Positions 36,597 to 37,712 of a DNA stretch of 37,712 nucleotides are shown piece by piece. Origin of the DNA: Candidatus Lightella neohaematopini (GTDB taxonomy: Bacteria > Pseudomonadota > Gammaproteobacteria > Enterobacterales > Enterobacteriaceae); NCBI GenBank assembly GCA_025728375.1, contig JAOBJS010000001.1, forward strand, positions 1 to 37,712, given 5' to 3'. How positions within the stretch are numbered: the stretch's first letter is position 1; every line of letters starts with the position of its first letter. Below the pieces are notes generated by a model, which worked only from the letters and a program-made list of their open reading frames with translations, was not told where the DNA came from and did no database searches. Made by a program: the position numbers and the translations under genes.

Positions 36597-37076
36597 ATGA
36601 ATATAATGGAAGCTAAGACTATAGTTGATGATAAAACTAATATAGCCATAGTTATATCACGTTTTAATAAATCTGTAAATAATAATTTATTAGATGGAGT
36701 AGTTAATACATTAATACGTGTAGGTAATATGAAAGAAAATAATATTACTATTGTTTGGGTTCCTGGAGTTTATGAAATACCTATAATTACTAATAAATTA
36801 GTACACATAAATAAATATAAAGCTATAGTAGCACTAGGAACAGTAATAAAAGGAGAAACAAATCATCATTACTATATTGTTAATGAATGTGTATCTAGAT
36901 TATCAGAAATGTCAGTAAATAATATTGTACCAATAACATTTGGTATACTAACCACTAATAATATAGAACAAGCTGTTAAAAGATCTGGTATAAAATTAAA
37001 TAATAAAGGTATAGAGATAGCATTAGCAACATTAGAAATGATTAACTTAATACATAATTTGAGCAAAATAAGGTAA
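36597..37076 (+). CDS. ribH: 6,7-dimethyl-8-ribityllumazine synthase (E. coli ribE, also called ribH)
   Basis: 159 aa. MNIMEAKT..IAIVISRFNKSVNNNLLDG..ITIVWVPGVYEIP..ALGTVIKGET.HHYYI..PITFGILTT are collinear with lumazine synthase. AAGAAGAGAG Shine-Dalgarno. Confidence 0.94.
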   Translation: MNIMEAKTIVDDKTNIAIVISRFNKSVNNNLLDGVVNTLIRVGNMKENNITIVWVPGVYEIPIITNKLVHINKYKAIVALGTVIKGETNHHYYIVNECVSRLSEMSVNNIVPITFGILTTNNIEQAVKRSGIKLNNKGIEIALATLEMINLIHNLSKIR

Positions 37077-37078
37077 TT

Positions 37079-37480
37079 TTGAAACAAAATCGTCGTAAAG
37101 CAAGAATAAGAGCATTACAAGCACTATATTCTTTAAAAATAGTAAATAATATAAATAATAATTTTATTTTTAAATTAAATAAATCAATTGTTGATGTAAC
37201 TTATTTTTATAAGTTGTATTTAGGAGTACTAACAAATTATAATCAATTAGATAATATTATGTTACCTTATTTATCACGTAGTATTAGTAAATTAGACCAC
37301 ATAGAACATATAATATTAAGAATTGCTATATTTGAACTAATATATCATAGTTATATACCATATAAGGTAGTAATTAACGAAGCTATCGAATTAACTAAGA
37401 TTTTTGGTACCAATAGTAGTTATAAATTTATTAATGGTGTGCTAGATAAAATTATTAACCAAGTTAATGTAAAGAAGTAG
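37079..37480 (+). CDS. nusB: Transcription antitermination factor NusB (TTG start)
   Basis: 133 aa. (M)KQNRRKARIRALQALYS aligns residue for residue with E. coli MKPAARRRARECAVQALYS, so TTG at 37079 is the start. PYKVVINEAIELTKIFG..SYKFINGVLDK is conserved. Confidence 0.92.
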   Translation: MKQNRRKARIRALQALYSLKIVNNINNNFIFKLNKSIVDVTYFYKLYLGVLTNYNQLDNIMLPYLSRSISKLDHIEHIILRIAIFELIYHSYIPYKVVINEAIELTKIFGTNSSYKFINGVLDKIINQVNVKK

Positions 37481-37501
37481 TTACGTTTTATTTCTAATTA
37501 A

Positions 37502-37712
37502 ATGAAAAATATTATAAATGAATTTTATATTGTAAATAAATTTTTTAAAAAAAAAATAAATGACAACTGTATTAAACTTGGTATTGGAGATGATTGTGCT
37601 CTACTATCTGTTGATAGTAACAAGTATTTTATAGCAATAAGTACTAATTCATTAGTATCCGGAGTACATTTTTTACCTAATACTAATCCAGATGATTTAG
37701 GATATAAAATAG
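37502..37712 (+). CDS. thiL: Thiamine-monophosphate kinase, 5' portion (runs off the right edge)
   Basis: My translation from ATG 37502 is MKNIINEFYIVNKFFKKKINDNCIKLGIGDDCALLSVDSNKYFIAISTNSLVSGVHFLPNTNPDDLGYKI. It matches the E. coli ThiL N-terminus (GEFSLIARYF..LGIGDDCALL..LAISTDTLVAGNHFLP) and sits downstream of nusB as in E. coli. Confidence 0.88.
   Translation, partial: MKNIINEFYIVNKFFKKKINDNCIKLGIGDDCALLSVDSNKYFIAISTNSLVSGVHFLPNTNPDDLGYKI

Noticed and set aside
36872-37087. 71-aa minus-strand ORF
   Set aside because: It is antisense to the ribH 3' end, and looks like a shadow ORF.
1-37712. Genetic-code change (UGA read as Trp), CRISPR arrays, IS or transposase or integrase genes, phage remnants, toxin-antitoxin or defence modules
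   Set aside because: All homologous ORFs close at standard stops with Trp encoded by TGG. There are no direct-repeat/spacer arrays, no terminal inverted repeats flanking ORFs, and no ORF without a housekeeping assignment other than antisense shadows.

Overview
The window is a gene-dense, extremely AT-rich stretch of chromosome, roughly one-fifth G+C by eye (not computed). It looks like a reduced gammaproteobacterial (Enterobacterales-derived) insect endosymbiont. Composition, retained LPS/Lpp envelope genes and riboflavin/thiamine genes resemble Wigglesworthia-type symbionts, but I cannot confirm the organism without a search. Almost every ORF of 60 aa or more is a recognisable core housekeeping homologue, and the order consists of short blocks collinear with E. 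coli, joined by deletion junctions. The gene order is: tyrS, grxD, ribE, tRNA-Val, lpp, sufEDCBS (written as it lies on the minus strand), pheST-rplT-rpmI-infC-thrS, ydjM, serC, rpsI-rplM, degQ, murA-ibaG, kdsD-kdsC-lptA-lptB, gmk-rpoZ, trxB-infA, tRNA-Leu, lptFG, valS, fabA, yccA, tRNA-Ser/Lys, pgsA, tRNA-Cys/Leu, an LdtB-like L,D-transpeptidase, ahpC, yajC-ribD-ribH-nusB-thiL. I found no rRNA, CRISPR array, IS or phage element, defence island, toxin-antitoxin pair, or unexplained multi-gene cluster, so I do not claim a novel system. The observations most worth following up are gene-level oddities:

1. ThrRS has lost its whole N-terminal TGS and editing module.
2. lptB is split by a frameshift inside an A10 tract, a candidate for slippage rescue.
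3. The LPS-transport cluster lacks lptC.
4. There is a tRNA-Lys gene with a CUU anticodon on an enterobacterial tRNA-Lys(UUU) body.
5. All six tRNA genes lack an encoded CCA, and three begin with A1:U72.
6. Several clean deletion junctions are visible (mla operon, secDF, sufA, pepA-holC, spoT).

Several ORF-track starts are upstream TTG/GTG artefacts; I corrected them using Shine-Dalgarno position and my recollection of the E. coli homologues.
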